Shown here: positions 48,597 to 58,457 of the stretch, one piece after another
Numbering within the stretch: the stretch's first letter is position 1
How the letters are laid out: every line of letters starts with the position of its first letter
Source of the DNA: Longimicrobiales bacterium
GTDB taxonomy: Bacteria; Gemmatimonadota; Gemmatimonadetes; Longimicrobiales; Gaopeijiaceae
Assembly: GCA_963422615.1 (NCBI GenBank)
Contig: OY730414.1
Coordinates: 558,001-622,000, forward strand
Reading direction: 5' to 3'
DNA: 64,000 nt
Notes under the pieces: model-generated
The model's database searches: none
What the model saw: only the letters and a program-made list of their open reading frames with translations
What the model was told of the DNA's origin: nothing
Program-made: the position numbers and the translations under genes

Positions 48597-48965
48597 TTGT
48601 TGCTTACAACCCCTGTCGCTGTTGCCGAAACGCTTCCCTCTCTTCCTGTCGGACCCAGCGATGGAGGGATGAACCCGGCGATTATCGTCATCCAGATCTT
48701 CCTGTTCATCGCGATTTTCTATTTCATTCTCATTCGGCCCCAGCGCAAGGAGCGACAGCGCCACCGGAAAATGTTGCAGCAGCTCTCTAAGGGGGATCGC
48801 GTGATGACCAACGGCGGGATCGTGGGACGGATCGTTCATGCATCGGAGCAGGAACTCACGATCACGACGGCAGAAAGAACCCGCCTCGTGATCGACCGGG
48901 GGCACATCGCCCGGAAAATCGCGAACGGAGATGGCCAGAACCAACCCCGCTCGGGAAGGAAGTAG
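48597..48965 (+). CDS. yajC: Preprotein translocase subunit YajC
   Basis: IFYFILIRPQRK and L.KGDRVMTNGGIVG; TTG 48597 has a GAGGA RBS. Confidence 0.93.
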   Translation: MLLTTPVAVAETLPSLPVGPSDGGMNPAIIVIQIFLFIAIFYFILIRPQRKERQRHRKMLQQLSKGDRVMTNGGIVGRIVHASEQELTITTAERTRLVIDRGHIARKIANGDGQNQPRSGRK

Positions 48966-48969
48966 GCCC

Positions 48970-49488
48970 TTGGCGCTGCTCCCCATCCAGCTCCTGGGCG
49001 CCCCGGTTCTTCGTCAGGAAGCGGCGCCGGTGGAGGTCGTGACGGATGAGATTCGACGCCTGATCCGGGACATGTTCGAAACCATGTACCATGCGGAGGG
49101 CGTCGGCCTCGCCGCTCCCCAGGTCGGCGTCTCGAAGCGGGTTTTCGTCGCGGATGTTCCGGGGGATGATGAGACGAGGGATGTGCACGCTTTGGTCAAT
49201 CCGGTCATCGTCGAATCGAGCGAACGGACGGCGAAAGAAGCAGAAGGGTGCCTGAGTCTGCCGGGCTTTGAGGAAACGGTAGCCCGTCCCTCCACGGTGG
49301 TTGTGGAAGCCCTGTCTCCCGACGGAGATGGGGTTCGGATCGCCGCGGAAGGGCTACTGGCCAGGGTGCTTCAGCACGAAGTGGATCACCTGAACGGCGT
49401 ACTGTTCATTGACCGGATCTCGCCCTTCAAACGGGGGATCCTTCTCAAGAAATGGCGGAAGGAACGGGATCGGACTCCGGCGGACTAG
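48970..49488 (+). CDS. def: Peptide deformylase
   Basis: GVGLAAPQVG, EGCLS and QHEVDHLNG. Confidence 0.97.
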   Translation: MALLPIQLLGAPVLRQEAAPVEVVTDEIRRLIRDMFETMYHAEGVGLAAPQVGVSKRVFVADVPGDDETRDVHALVNPVIVESSERTAKEAEGCLSLPGFEETVARPSTVVVEALSPDGDGVRIAAEGLLARVLQHEVDHLNGVLFIDRISPFKRGILLKKWRKERDRTPAD

Positions 49489-49642
49489 TCGAAAAGGATC
49501 CGGTGGTGGCTGACGGTCAGTGCGGGCATGGGCGCTTCCGCCCGATGGAGGCAACCGACCCGGTTCCGTCGGAATTCCGATTCCGCCCGGTGGCAATCGG
49601 GGGTGGGCGATCCACAGGAGAGGCGGAGTCCGGGGGTTGTCC

Positions 49643-50662
49643 ATGAGAGTCCTGTTCTGGGGAACGCCGAAGTTCGCGCTTCCGACCCTTCGGGCCCTCG
49701 AATCCGCAGGCCATACGTTGGTCGGGATTGTGACCCGTCCGGACAAGCCCCGGGGGCGGGGCAGGAAGATAGCCCCTTCCCCCGTCAAGCAATTTGCCGA
49801 AGCGGGCGGGTACTCCGTTTTCACTCCCGATAAACCCCGGGGCGACGCCTTTCTGGAAGCGGCTGGAGGCGTGGAACCGGACATTTCGGTGGTGGCCGCT
49901 TACGGACACATCTTGCCCCGGGCCCTTCTGGACCTGCCCCCCCGGGGGTCGATCAACGTTCACCCGTCTCTTCTCCCGGCCCTGAGGGGGGCGGCCCCGA
50001 TCAACTGGGCCATTGTCCGGGGGTACCGGGAAACGGGGGTGACGATCATGCGGATGGTGGAGGCGATGGATGCGGGACCGATTTTGGCGCAGAGGAGGAC
50101 GCCCGTGGGGCCCCGGGACACGGCGGCACTGCTGTCCTGCAGACTCGCAGAAATGGGGGCGCGTCTGCTGGTAGATGTCCTGAACCGCCTGGAGGCAGGG
50201 CCGATCGAAGAGTTGGAGCAGGACCACGCCGTTGCCACATTCGCGCCCAAGGTCAGCCGAGCGGCGACTCGCATCGACTGGACCCGAGATGCCGAAGTCG
50301 TGGGTTGTTTGATTCGGGGGATGGACAGTACCCCGGGAGCTTGGACGCTGCTGCGGGGGGAGCCGGTGAAGCTGTTCCTTCCCGAGGTCACGAAGTCCGG
50401 GAGGGAGGTTCGGGGGCGGGAGCCGCCGGGAACGGTCGCACAGGGAGGGCCGAGCCGGAGAGGTGAGCCGAAGGGCCCTGGATCGGGGGATGCGCCGGAT
50501 CCGGGGCGGATTCTGGCTGCCGAGCCAAAGCGGGGCCTTCTGGTCGCGACAGGGAACGGGGTCCTGCGTATCGAAGAGGTTCAGCCTGCAGGGAAGAGGC
50601 GCATGCCGTCGGTGGCGTGGGTCCGGGGGCGGGGCGTCAGGGCCGGGGACCGCTTCCAGTAG
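49643..50662 (+). CDS. fmt: Methionyl-tRNA formyltransferase
   Basis: GTPKFA, PDKPRGRG, VAAYG, NVHPSLLP..RGAAPI and MDAGP. Confidence 0.96.
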   Translation: MRVLFWGTPKFALPTLRALESAGHTLVGIVTRPDKPRGRGRKIAPSPVKQFAEAGGYSVFTPDKPRGDAFLEAAGGVEPDISVVAAYGHILPRALLDLPPRGSINVHPSLLPALRGAAPINWAIVRGYRETGVTIMRMVEAMDAGPILAQRRTPVGPRDTAALLSCRLAEMGARLLVDVLNRLEAGPIEELEQDHAVATFAPKVSRAATRIDWTRDAEVVGCLIRGMDSTPGAWTLLRGEPVKLFLPEVTKSGREVRGREPPGTVAQGGPSRRGEPKGPGSGDAPDPGRILAAEPKRGLLVATGNGVLRIEEVQPAGKRRMPSVAWVRGRGVRAGDRFQ

Positions 50663-50726
50663 TCCGGTGTCCCGCGAGTCGGTTTCCCCGGGTTGCAATC
50701 GCCAGGTGCGGAGGGCGGGGGGAGAG

Positions 50727-51548
50727 GTGACCGCGGCGGCCCCGCAATCTGTCGGAGGAGGGGCGGGAGGGCCCGGCGCGCCCGGGCCCTGGTTGCCCCG
50801 TCTTCACGTCATTGCCGGGGATGCCCTCATGAGTGCCCAGGACTTTCGGGAACGGCTGGCACCCGTGGTGGAAGCGGGGGGAAGCGCCCTTGCGGTTCAC
50901 CTGAGAGCAAGGGAAGTGTCGGCGTCCCGTCTCTTCCAGGTCGCCTTATGGCTCACGACGGCGTACAACACCCCCCTTGTCGTCGTGAACGACCGCTTGG
51001 ATGTAGCCCTGGCCGCCGGCGCCGGCGGCGTTCACCTTCGGGAGGACTCGATTCCCGTGGAAGCGGTCCGGAGGATCGCAGGCCCGGGCCTCTTCGTCGG
51101 CCGGTCCATCCACGAGCCGGAACAGGCGGCGGGTTTGTGGCGGGGTGTGGCGGACTACTTGGTTCTCGGGGCGATTTTCGCCACCAAGTCTCATCCAGGG
51201 CGTCCGTCCTTGGGGCCCCGGGCGCTGGCCGCCGCCTTAGAGCGGACGGACATTCCCATTTTCGCCATAGGAGGGATTACGCCCGAAACGGTGCCGCCCC
51301 TGGTCTCCCTGGGTGCTCGAGGCGTGGTGGTGGCGAGCGGCGTGTGGGACAGCGGGAATCCGGGTGCAGCAGTGATTCGGTACCTTGAATCTCTTCCCGC
51401 GACGGAACCGCTACCAACCCGACCGGGCTTACGCGAACAGGCGCCTCCGTACAATCAGGCTCCGCGGCACGACGGGGACGGAGCACCCGACATTAGGGGC
51501 CGCCGGTGTCGTGTGTCGGGCAAGAGGGCGAAAGACGCTCGAGGATGA
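50727..51548 (+). CDS. thiE: Thiamine phosphate synthase (ThiE/TenI family)
   Basis: VHLR, VNDRLDVA, GVHL, GRSIH, ATKSHPG and AIGGI; could be the TenI paralog. Confidence 0.8.
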   Translation: MTAAAPQSVGGGAGGPGAPGPWLPRLHVIAGDALMSAQDFRERLAPVVEAGGSALAVHLRAREVSASRLFQVALWLTTAYNTPLVVVNDRLDVALAAGAGGVHLREDSIPVEAVRRIAGPGLFVGRSIHEPEQAAGLWRGVADYLVLGAIFATKSHPGRPSLGPRALAAALERTDIPIFAIGGITPETVPPLVSLGARGVVVASGVWDSGNPGAAVIRYLESLPATEPLPTRPGLREQAPPYNQAPRHDGDGAPDIRGRRCRVSGKRAKDARG

Positions 51549-51772
51549 CGACTGAAGGGGATTCGGCCACGCTTTCCATCGTGGTGAACGGGAAGCCCCG
51601 GCTCGTGGGTGCCGGCCTCAGCGTGGCTGGACTTCTCCGGACCTTGAAGGTCAACCCCGGGATGGTCGTCGTGGAGCGCAACCGGGAGATTCTTGCCAGG
51701 GACGCCCTGGAGACCACGCCTGTCAAGGAGGGAGATCGGATCGAGGTCGTACACTTTGTGGGAGGTGGATAG
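51545..51772 (+). CDS. thiS: Sulfur carrier protein ThiS
   Basis: VNG, VVERNREI and the C-terminal GDRIEVVHFVGGG. Confidence 0.95.
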   Translation: MTTEGDSATLSIVVNGKPRLVGAGLSVAGLLRTLKVNPGMVVVERNREILARDALETTPVKEGDRIEVVHFVGGG

Positions 51773-52576
51773 ATGAAAGGGAAGCGTAGGCCCGATGGTT
51801 CTTTTTTGATTGCGGGCAGAACCTTTGATTCCCGGCTGATTGTGGGGACCGGGAAGTACCACTCCAACCGGGAGATGACCCAGGCCATCCGCGCCAGCGG
51901 AGCGGAGGTGGTGACCGTGGCCGTTCGCCGGGTTGACCTGGACCGATCCCGGGAAGAAGGGATCCTTCACTACCTTGACCCGAGGGAGTTTTTTCTCCTG
52001 CCCAACACGGCGGGCTGTTACACGGTGGCCGATGCCCTCCGCTACGCTCGTCTCGGACGAGCGGCGGGACTCAGCGACTGGGTCAAGCTGGAGGTGATCG
52101 GGGACGAACACACCCTCCTTCCCGATACGACCGCGACTCTGGAGGCTGCGGCCCTCCTGGTGGCCGAAGGCTTCAAGGTCATGGCCTATACCAACGACGA
52201 TCTGGTCACGGCCCTCCGGCTGGAAGATGCGGGGTGCGTCGCGGTCATGCCCCTGGCAAGTCCCATCGGGAGCGGTCTTGGCGTGGTGAACCCGTATTAC
52301 ATCCGGGAGATCAAGAGGCGACTGTGCGTTCCGGTGATCGTGGACGCGGGGGTCGGCACGGCCTCGGACGCGTGCATTACCATGGAGCAGGGTGTGGACG
52401 GCGTGCTGATGAACACGGCGATCGCCGCCGCTACCGACCCGGTGGGGATGGCCACCGCCATGAAGCACGCCGTCCGGGCGGGGCGAGCCGCCTACTTGGC
52501 CGGGCGAATGCGTCCCCGGGAGATTGCCGTGCCCTCCTCGCCGGTTGCCGGGATGCTGGACGGGAATACAGATTGA
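51773..52576 (+). CDS. thiG: Thiazole synthase
   Basis: SRLIVGTGKY, LPNTAGC, KLEVIGD, MPLASPIGSG and DAGVG. Confidence 0.97.
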   Translation: MKGKRRPDGSFLIAGRTFDSRLIVGTGKYHSNREMTQAIRASGAEVVTVAVRRVDLDRSREEGILHYLDPREFFLLPNTAGCYTVADALRYARLGRAAGLSDWVKLEVIGDEHTLLPDTTATLEAAALLVAEGFKVMAYTNDDLVTALRLEDAGCVAVMPLASPIGSGLGVVNPYYIREIKRRLCVPVIVDAGVGTASDACITMEQGVDGVLMNTAIAAATDPVGMATAMKHAVRAGRAAYLAGRMRPREIAVPSSPVAGMLDGNTD

Positions 52577-53943
52577 CCCGCACCCGGGTCCGTAGGCGGG
52601 CGGTTTCTCGGAGACTTCGCAACGGTCCGGCCGTCTCCCCGAGCCGGACCCTGGCCGCCGCCGTACTGGCCCAGGTGGAGTCCGGCCGCCGTCTGGATGT
52701 AGCGTGGGAGGCGTCGGGCGCCCTAGGGTCTTCCGACCGGGCCTGGATTCGCAATCTGGTGTACGGGACGATCCGGTTACGAGGCCGAATCGATCACGTC
52801 CTGTCGTCGTGCACCCGGCAACCTGTCGGGGAGCTGGACCCGGACGTCCGCACCGCCTTGCGCCTGGGCGCCTACCAGATCTTGGAGATGGGGAGCGTAC
52901 CCGACTACGCGGCCGTCTCCCAGTCCGTCGAGCAGGTCAAGGGAACCGGGAGCCGGGCTGCGGCGGGGCTGGTCAATGCCGTGCTGCGAAAGGTCGTTGG
53001 AGGGGCCCGCGGGGAGGCGAACTTCCCTGACCCGAACCTGGACCTTGTGGGTTATCTTGCGACATGGGGCTCCCATCCGGAGTGGCTCGTCCGCCGCTGG
53101 ATCCGGGAATTCGGTCCCCAAGCGGCTCGGTCGCTTGTGGCGGCGAACAACCTTGAACCCCGTGTTTACCTGCGGCCCGTGGGAATCGACTTCGACCGGG
53201 CCACCAGGATCCTGGCGGACGCGGGTCTCGCGGCCTCCGGTTCCAGCGCCTCCCCCGGGCGCGATGTCGGTTCGTGGATTCGGCTTCGGAAGGGGACGAA
53301 CCCCGGCGCCGCTTTGAAGGCGGTGCCCGGCGTCATCCAGGATCCGGCTGCTTCGTTGGTAACGGACTTCGTGTCCCCCGGCCCCGGGTCTCGGATTGCG
53401 GACCTCTGTGCCGCGCCGGGAAGCAAGGCCCTTGTCTTGGGCGCCGAAGCCCGAGGCGTAGTAGCGGCGGATCTGTCGTGGCGTCGACTTCAACGCGTCG
53501 CCCAGGGAGCTCAGCGTCTGCCGGGAAGGGTGTGGCCCGTCTTGGCGGATGCGCGCTTTCCGGCGATCCGGGGTGCCGACACCGTGCTGGTGGACGTCCC
53601 GTGCAGCGGCACCGGAACCCTTCGGAGGCACCCGGATGGACGCTGGCGCGTGAAGCAAGGTGACATCCATCACCTGGTTCGCGTCCAGCGGGCCATTCTG
53701 GACGGAGCTGCGGCGTCGGTTCCCTTGGGCGGGTTGCTGGTTTACGCTACATGTGCCCTGGAGCGGGAGGAGAATCGGGGACAAGTGAAGGCTTTCCTAT
53801 CGCACCATCAAGACTTTCGCGTTGAAGCGGGATCGGCGCCCGTCCGTTTCCTGGACCGGAAGGGCTATCTGGTGGTTCTTCCCCACCAGAGCGGCTTTGA
53901 CGGGGCCTTTGCCGCCAGGCTGAGAAGGACGACGGCCCAATGA
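52573..53943 (+). CDS. rsmB: 16S rRNA m5C967 methyltransferase
   Basis: TTGA-coupled start; NusB-like N-domain (LRLGAYQI, GLVNAVLR), SHPEWL, QD.AS, DLCAAPGSK, DVPCSGTG and YATC. Confidence 0.95.
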   Translation: MTRTRVRRRAVSRRLRNGPAVSPSRTLAAAVLAQVESGRRLDVAWEASGALGSSDRAWIRNLVYGTIRLRGRIDHVLSSCTRQPVGELDPDVRTALRLGAYQILEMGSVPDYAAVSQSVEQVKGTGSRAAAGLVNAVLRKVVGGARGEANFPDPNLDLVGYLATWGSHPEWLVRRWIREFGPQAARSLVAANNLEPRVYLRPVGIDFDRATRILADAGLAASGSSASPGRDVGSWIRLRKGTNPGAALKAVPGVIQDPAASLVTDFVSPGPGSRIADLCAAPGSKALVLGAEARGVVAADLSWRRLQRVAQGAQRLPGRVWPVLADARFPAIRGADTVLVDVPCSGTGTLRRHPDGRWRVKQGDIHHLVRVQRAILDGAAASVPLGGLLVYATCALEREENRGQVKAFLSHHQDFRVEAGSAPVRFLDRKGYLVVLPHQSGFDGAFAARLRRTTAQ

Positions 53944-54806
53944 CGGAGATGGGCGGATCGATTCGTCGGAGGAGACCCCGCAAGAAGCAGCGGAGAAGAC
54001 AAGGCAAAGGGACGGATCACGACGACGGCCGGCGCAGGGAACGGAAGCCGCTCCGGATCGGCGGCGTACGCGGGTCTGGAATCGGAAGCCGTCGCGTCCG
54101 GATCGCTGGCCTCGTCCTACTCGTCGTCGCGGTGGGGTTCGGGTCCGGTTACCGGGTGGCCACCGGGCTCTTCTTTCCCGCTCCCGAACCGCCCCCGGCG
54201 CTCCAGGGGGTTCCGGATATCAGAGGTGGTTCCGCCGAATCGGCCATCCGGATGCTGTCGGGTTTGGGTCTCGTAGTGGATAGAGTGGACTCCGTCCGGC
54301 ACCCGACCGCGGATCGCGGCACGGTGATCGGTCAAACGCCCCTGCCGGGGCGAACCGCCCTTCCGGGGGCCCGGGTTCGCGTCACGGTTTCGTCCGGACC
54401 CGAAGTGCGTCCCGTGCTGGACGTGACCCGCCTGCGAGGAAGCCGGGCGGCGGAGGTGTTGAGTGCGGGAGGGTTTACCGTTCAGGTGGACACGGTTGAC
54501 TCCGACATGCCCCGGGGCCGGGTCATCGGCATTGAGCCGAAACCGGGGACGGAGCTCGCGCTCCCCGGGGTGGTGCGGGTGCGGGTCAGCCGCGGTCCTC
54601 CCACCTTCCTCATGCCGGATCTAACCGGAGTCGACGAAAGGGAGGCCCTGGCGTTGCTTGATTCCCTGGGCCTCGTGCTGTCGGAAATGGAGAGGCGTTA
54701 CAGCTTGAGGAATGTCGGGGCTGTCTTCGGCCAGGTGCCCGAACCCCTTTCCTTGGTCGAAAAGGGCACGGCGGTGCGCTTGGTTGTTGGCGAAGAAGTG
54801 AGGTAA
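53940..54806 (+). CDS. Membrane-anchored protein with three PASTA domains
   Basis: Basic N-terminus, TM helix, repeats VPD.RG...A...L...G...GTVIGQ.P..G...V.V.VS.G. Confidence 0.88.
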   Translation: MTEMGGSIRRRRPRKKQRRRQGKGTDHDDGRRRERKPLRIGGVRGSGIGSRRVRIAGLVLLVVAVGFGSGYRVATGLFFPAPEPPPALQGVPDIRGGSAESAIRMLSGLGLVVDRVDSVRHPTADRGTVIGQTPLPGRTALPGARVRVTVSSGPEVRPVLDVTRLRGSRAAEVLSAGGFTVQVDTVDSDMPRGRVIGIEPKPGTELALPGVVRVRVSRGPPTFLMPDLTGVDEREALALLDSLGLVLSEMERRYSLRNVGAVFGQVPEPLSLVEKGTAVRLVVGEEVR

Positions 54807-54808
54807 GT

Positions 54809-55369
54809 ATGACAAAGAGGATCGTTCGGCGACCCTATGTTTTCGCGATGCTTATTGGCGCCGGAATCGTGGCTGTGGCCTGGATGAGCCGTAGCCGCAT
54901 CCGTCCCGTTGTCTCGGGCTACCCGGCCCCCGACTTCGAGGTGCAGGACGAGGACGGTGCCCGGGTCACCCTTGCCAGCTATGACGGCAAGGTTCTCTTG
55001 CTGAATGTCTGGGCGACATGGTGCGGTCCCTGTGAAGAAGAGATGCCTTCCATGCAGCGACTCTACGACCAGTTTTCCCGGGACGACTTCGAGATTGCGG
55101 CCATCAGCATTGATGTTCCGGCAGGTCGGCTGGACTTCGCCGGGAACCCCGGCGGTGACCCGGTTGCCTTCGCGCAGGAGCTTGGCCTGACCTTCCCTGT
55201 GCTCCTGGACCCTTCGGGCGAAATTCGGCAAACCTACCGGACGTCGGGCGTGCCGGAATCCTTCCTGATCGGCGCCGACGGCGTGATTTACAAAAAGGTT
55301 GCCGGATCCACGGCCTGGGATTCGGAAGCAAATGTGGGGTTGGTCCGGCGCCTTGTAGACAGCAGGTAG
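54809..55369 (+). CDS. TlpA/ResA-like thiol-disulfide oxidoreductase
   Basis: APDF, LNVWATWCGPC..EMP and GVPESFLI. Confidence 0.93.
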   Translation: MTKRIVRRPYVFAMLIGAGIVAVAWMSRSRIRPVVSGYPAPDFEVQDEDGARVTLASYDGKVLLLNVWATWCGPCEEEMPSMQRLYDQFSRDDFEIAAISIDVPAGRLDFAGNPGGDPVAFAQELGLTFPVLLDPSGEIRQTYRTSGVPESFLIGADGVIYKKVAGSTAWDSEANVGLVRRLVDSR

Positions 55370-55375
55370 GAACCC

Positions 55376-56341
55376 GTGTCCTCCCCGGGGATCGTGCTTC
55401 GCAACTGGCGCCTCAAGGTCGCGGCTCTTGCGCTTGCGGTCCTTCTGTGGGTCACGATGCGCCTGCGGGACGACGCCGACATCGCCCGCAGGGACCTTCC
55501 GAACGTGGATGTGCGGGTGGAGAACGGGGATCCGACTTGGTTCCTCCTGGGAGAGCCTTCCCCGGGTGCTGTCCGCATGAGCGTGCAGGGCTCCTTCGGA
55601 GACCTGTTCCGAGTCGCCCTTGCCCGACCTTCCATCGTAATTCCGATCGACTCGGTTCCGGGGGAGGATTGGATTCTGGAGCTGAGGCCCGACTGGGTTG
55701 GCGGGGTGGACCCTAGCCGGGTCACGATCACCGAGTTCACCCCGAGCACGGTCCGGCTGCGCTTCGGCATGAATAAGGTGGAGCCCATTCCCGTTTCGGT
55801 TCGCTTCACGGGAACGGTGCCCGATTCTCTGGCCGTGGTGGGCGAACCACGGGTCAATCCCCTCTTCACCCAGGTTCGCGGTGCGGCGTCGGTTGTGGAT
55901 GGCCTGGAGGCGGTTTTCCTCGAGCCCTTCGACCTGGGTCGACTGGAGGGTCCGGGTTCGGGGCGCTTCGAGCTCTCCCTGGACACCGTGGGACTGGGGG
56001 GGGTCGTTGTGAACCCCAGTGCTGCATCCCTCGTAGTGAACGTGGCTTTGAGGCGGACCCGGGAGCTGGGGCATCGGGGCGTGGAACTTCCCGATGCCGC
56101 CGACCTCGTCTTGGAGCCCGATTCTTTGACCGTGACTCTGTTTGGCGCCGAGGAGATGCTGGGGGTGATCGACGTGTCCACCGTGCGTCTCCGCGTCGCC
56201 ACGTCCGCTAGGGTGATCCGGCAGGCCTTGGGAGAAGTGACGGAGGTTCGGGCTCCTGTGGTGGTGGAGGGGCTTCCTCGCTGGATCGAAGGGTCCGCGG
56301 GGGCCGATTCGGTGACGGTGCGCAGGGCCGGGGAATCGTGA
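55376..56341 (+). CDS. CdaR/YbbR-like membrane-anchored protein
   Basis: NWRLKVAALALAVLLW N-terminal anchor followed by P..V.V.G repeats. Confidence 0.75.
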   Translation: MSSPGIVLRNWRLKVAALALAVLLWVTMRLRDDADIARRDLPNVDVRVENGDPTWFLLGEPSPGAVRMSVQGSFGDLFRVALARPSIVIPIDSVPGEDWILELRPDWVGGVDPSRVTITEFTPSTVRLRFGMNKVEPIPVSVRFTGTVPDSLAVVGEPRVNPLFTQVRGAASVVDGLEAVFLEPFDLGRLEGPGSGRFELSLDTVGLGGVVVNPSAASLVVNVALRRTRELGHRGVELPDAADLVLEPDSLTVTLFGAEEMLGVIDVSTVRLRVATSARVIRQALGEVTEVRAPVVVEGLPRWIEGSAGADSVTVRRAGES

Positions 56342-57405
56342 CGGCCCCGATTCTTGGAATCGAGACCACGTGCGATGAGACTTCGGCGGCGGTCCTCAAC
56401 GACGAAGGGAAGATCCTGAGCTTGGTGATCCACTCCCAGGACGTGCACCGGCTCTATGGCGGCGTTGTTCCTGAGTTGGCCTCCCGGGATCACCTGAGGC
56501 ACATTGAACCGGTTGTGGTCGCCGCGCTGGAGGAAGCAGGCGTTGCACGAGCCCAGTTGAAGGTGATTGCCGCCGCGGTGGGCCCCGGCCTCATCGGTGC
56601 CCTCCTGGTCGGCGTGTCGTGGGCCCGGGCGTCGGCCTTTGCCCTCAACATCCCCATGGTCCCCGTGCATCACATGGAGGGACACCTCTTCGGCCCCGTG
56701 CTGGAAGATCCGGAAGCGGTCCCCCCCTTTGTGGCCCTACTGGTGTCCGGGGGGCACACCCTGTTGCTCTGGGCTCCCGAGTGGGGCCGGTACTTTCTGT
56801 TGGGCCAGACCCGGGATGACGCAGTCGGGGAAGCGTTTGACAAGGTCGGCAAGCTTCTCGGCCTGCCTTACCCCGGCGGACCCGCGATAGAAGCCTTGGC
56901 GCGGGAGGGCGACCCCGTCCGGTACTCCTTCCCCAGGCCCATGATGAAGCGGGGCCCCCCCGCCGGAGAAGTGGGCTCCTTCGACTTTTCCTTCTCCGGT
57001 CTCAAGACGGCGGTGGCCCGGACGGTGACGGGCCTGGGGACGCGCGGGATGGTGGAGAGGGAGCGGCCGCACCTCGCGGCCTCGTTCCAAGAAGCCGCGG
57101 TGGATGTCCTGGCGACCAAGACCCTCCTGGCGACAGAGATCATCGGCTGCCGTCGGGTGCTACTGGGCGGTGGGGTTTCTGCGAACAAGGCGTTGAAGAT
57201 CCGCATTCGAGAGGGCTTGGGGCTTCAGGGTCGTCTCTTCACCAGTTCGCCAAAGCTGGCGATGGACAACGGGGCCATGATTGCCCGGGCGGGCCAGTTC
57301 CGGTTCCTGTCCGGCTGTTTCGGGGGGCTGAAGGGAGCCGCCGCCACCGTACCGCTTCCCGGGATGACTCCTTGGAAGCGGGAGTCGTCCGTCTGCCGAT
57401 ATTAG
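56338..57405 (+). CDS. tsaD: tRNA t6A threonylcarbamoyltransferase subunit TsaD
   Basis: ILGIETTCDETS, GGVVPELASR, HHMEGH, VSGGHT, DDAVGEAFDK, FSFSGLKT and DNGAMIA. Confidence 0.97.
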   Translation: MTAPILGIETTCDETSAAVLNDEGKILSLVIHSQDVHRLYGGVVPELASRDHLRHIEPVVVAALEEAGVARAQLKVIAAAVGPGLIGALLVGVSWARASAFALNIPMVPVHHMEGHLFGPVLEDPEAVPPFVALLVSGGHTLLLWAPEWGRYFLLGQTRDDAVGEAFDKVGKLLGLPYPGGPAIEALAREGDPVRYSFPRPMMKRGPPAGEVGSFDFSFSGLKTAVARTVTGLGTRGMVERERPHLAASFQEAAVDVLATKTLLATEIIGCRRVLLGGGVSANKALKIRIREGLGLQGRLFTSSPKLAMDNGAMIARAGQFRFLSGCFGGLKGAAATVPLPGMTPWKRESSVCRY

Positions 57406-57608
57406 CTCCCGAGAGGAATGCACGGGGTCGGGCCGGTAATCGGTCCCCCGGGGGTCGCCGCTGTCTATGTGCCTTCTCGCTAGTTTGGATGGGTTCGGAC
57501 GTCATCAAGGATGGACCCGACCGGCACAGAGGTCATAGAGTGGTTGAGTGAAGGCCTGACCTCGTTGATCGCCCACCCCTAGTCATCTTCAAAGGCACAG
57601 GTAAGACC

Positions 57609-58457
57609 GTGTACCCCATCCTCTTCCGGCTCCCGGAATGGTTCCCTCTCCTCGGAGGAGAGCCCGTCACCTCCTTCGGGGTGATGATGTTGTTTTCGTT
57701 CATGACGGCGGGCTATGTGCTCAGGGCGGAGATGGGCCGCTTGGGGGAAGATCCGGAGAAGGCGTGGGATATTCTGTTCATGGCGGTGCTCGGCGGGGTC
57801 GTAGGGGCGAAGGCATATTACGTCCTTCTCAACTTCCCTCGTTTGGCGGCAGACCCTACGGGGATGATTTTTTCCCGCGGCGGGATGGTTTGGTACGGTG
57901 GGTTCCTCCTCGCCACGGTGCTCGTCGTTCGGAAGATTCGGCGCCTGGGGCTCCCGCTGGGAAAGGTGGCCGACGCGTCGGCCCCGGCCCTGGCTCTGGC
58001 GTACGCGGTGGGGCGCATCGGCTGCTTCCTGGTTGGGGACGATTACGGGCGTCCGACGGACTCGTGGGTGGGGATCGCCTTTCCCAACGGGGCGCCTCCC
58101 AGCCGCGTGGACGTGCTCGAAGAGCAGTTCGGGATCACCGTGGATCCGGAGATGATCGAGAAGTACGGAGAAGTCCTTCCTGTTCACCCGACCCAGCTCT
58201 ACGAAATCGGAATCTCGACCCTGATGTTCGCCCTTCTGTGGACCCTGCGCCGCCACGATCAGCGGAAGGGGTGGCTGTTCATGGTTTGGCTGGCCCTTGC
58301 GGGGGCCGAGCGCTTCTTCGTGGAGATCTTCCGGGCCAAGGATGACCGCTTCTTCGGAGTGCTTACCCTTGCCCAGTTGATTTCCCTGGTTCTCGTCGGC
58401 GTGGGGGTCGTCTGGAGTGCGCGCCTGCGGAAGGCGAATGCGCCCGCTCCCGCGTGA
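57609..58457 (+). CDS. lgt: Prolipoprotein diacylglyceryl transferase
   Basis: YPILF, GGMVWYGG, GRIGCFL.GDDYG, HPTQLYE and ERFFVEIFR. Confidence 0.94.
   Translation: MYPILFRLPEWFPLLGGEPVTSFGVMMLFSFMTAGYVLRAEMGRLGEDPEKAWDILFMAVLGGVVGAKAYYVLLNFPRLAADPTGMIFSRGGMVWYGGFLLATVLVVRKIRRLGLPLGKVADASAPALALAYAVGRIGCFLVGDDYGRPTDSWVGIAFPNGAPPSRVDVLEEQFGITVDPEMIEKYGEVLPVHPTQLYEIGISTLMFALLWTLRRHDQRKGWLFMVWLALAGAERFFVEIFRAKDDRFFGVLTLAQLISLVLVGVGVVWSARLRKANAPAPA

Noticed and set aside
50663..51545. TPP riboswitch ahead of thiE or thiS
   Set aside because: No CTGAGA...ACCTGA core in the intergenic or leader sequence; the thi genes sit inside a housekeeping operon.
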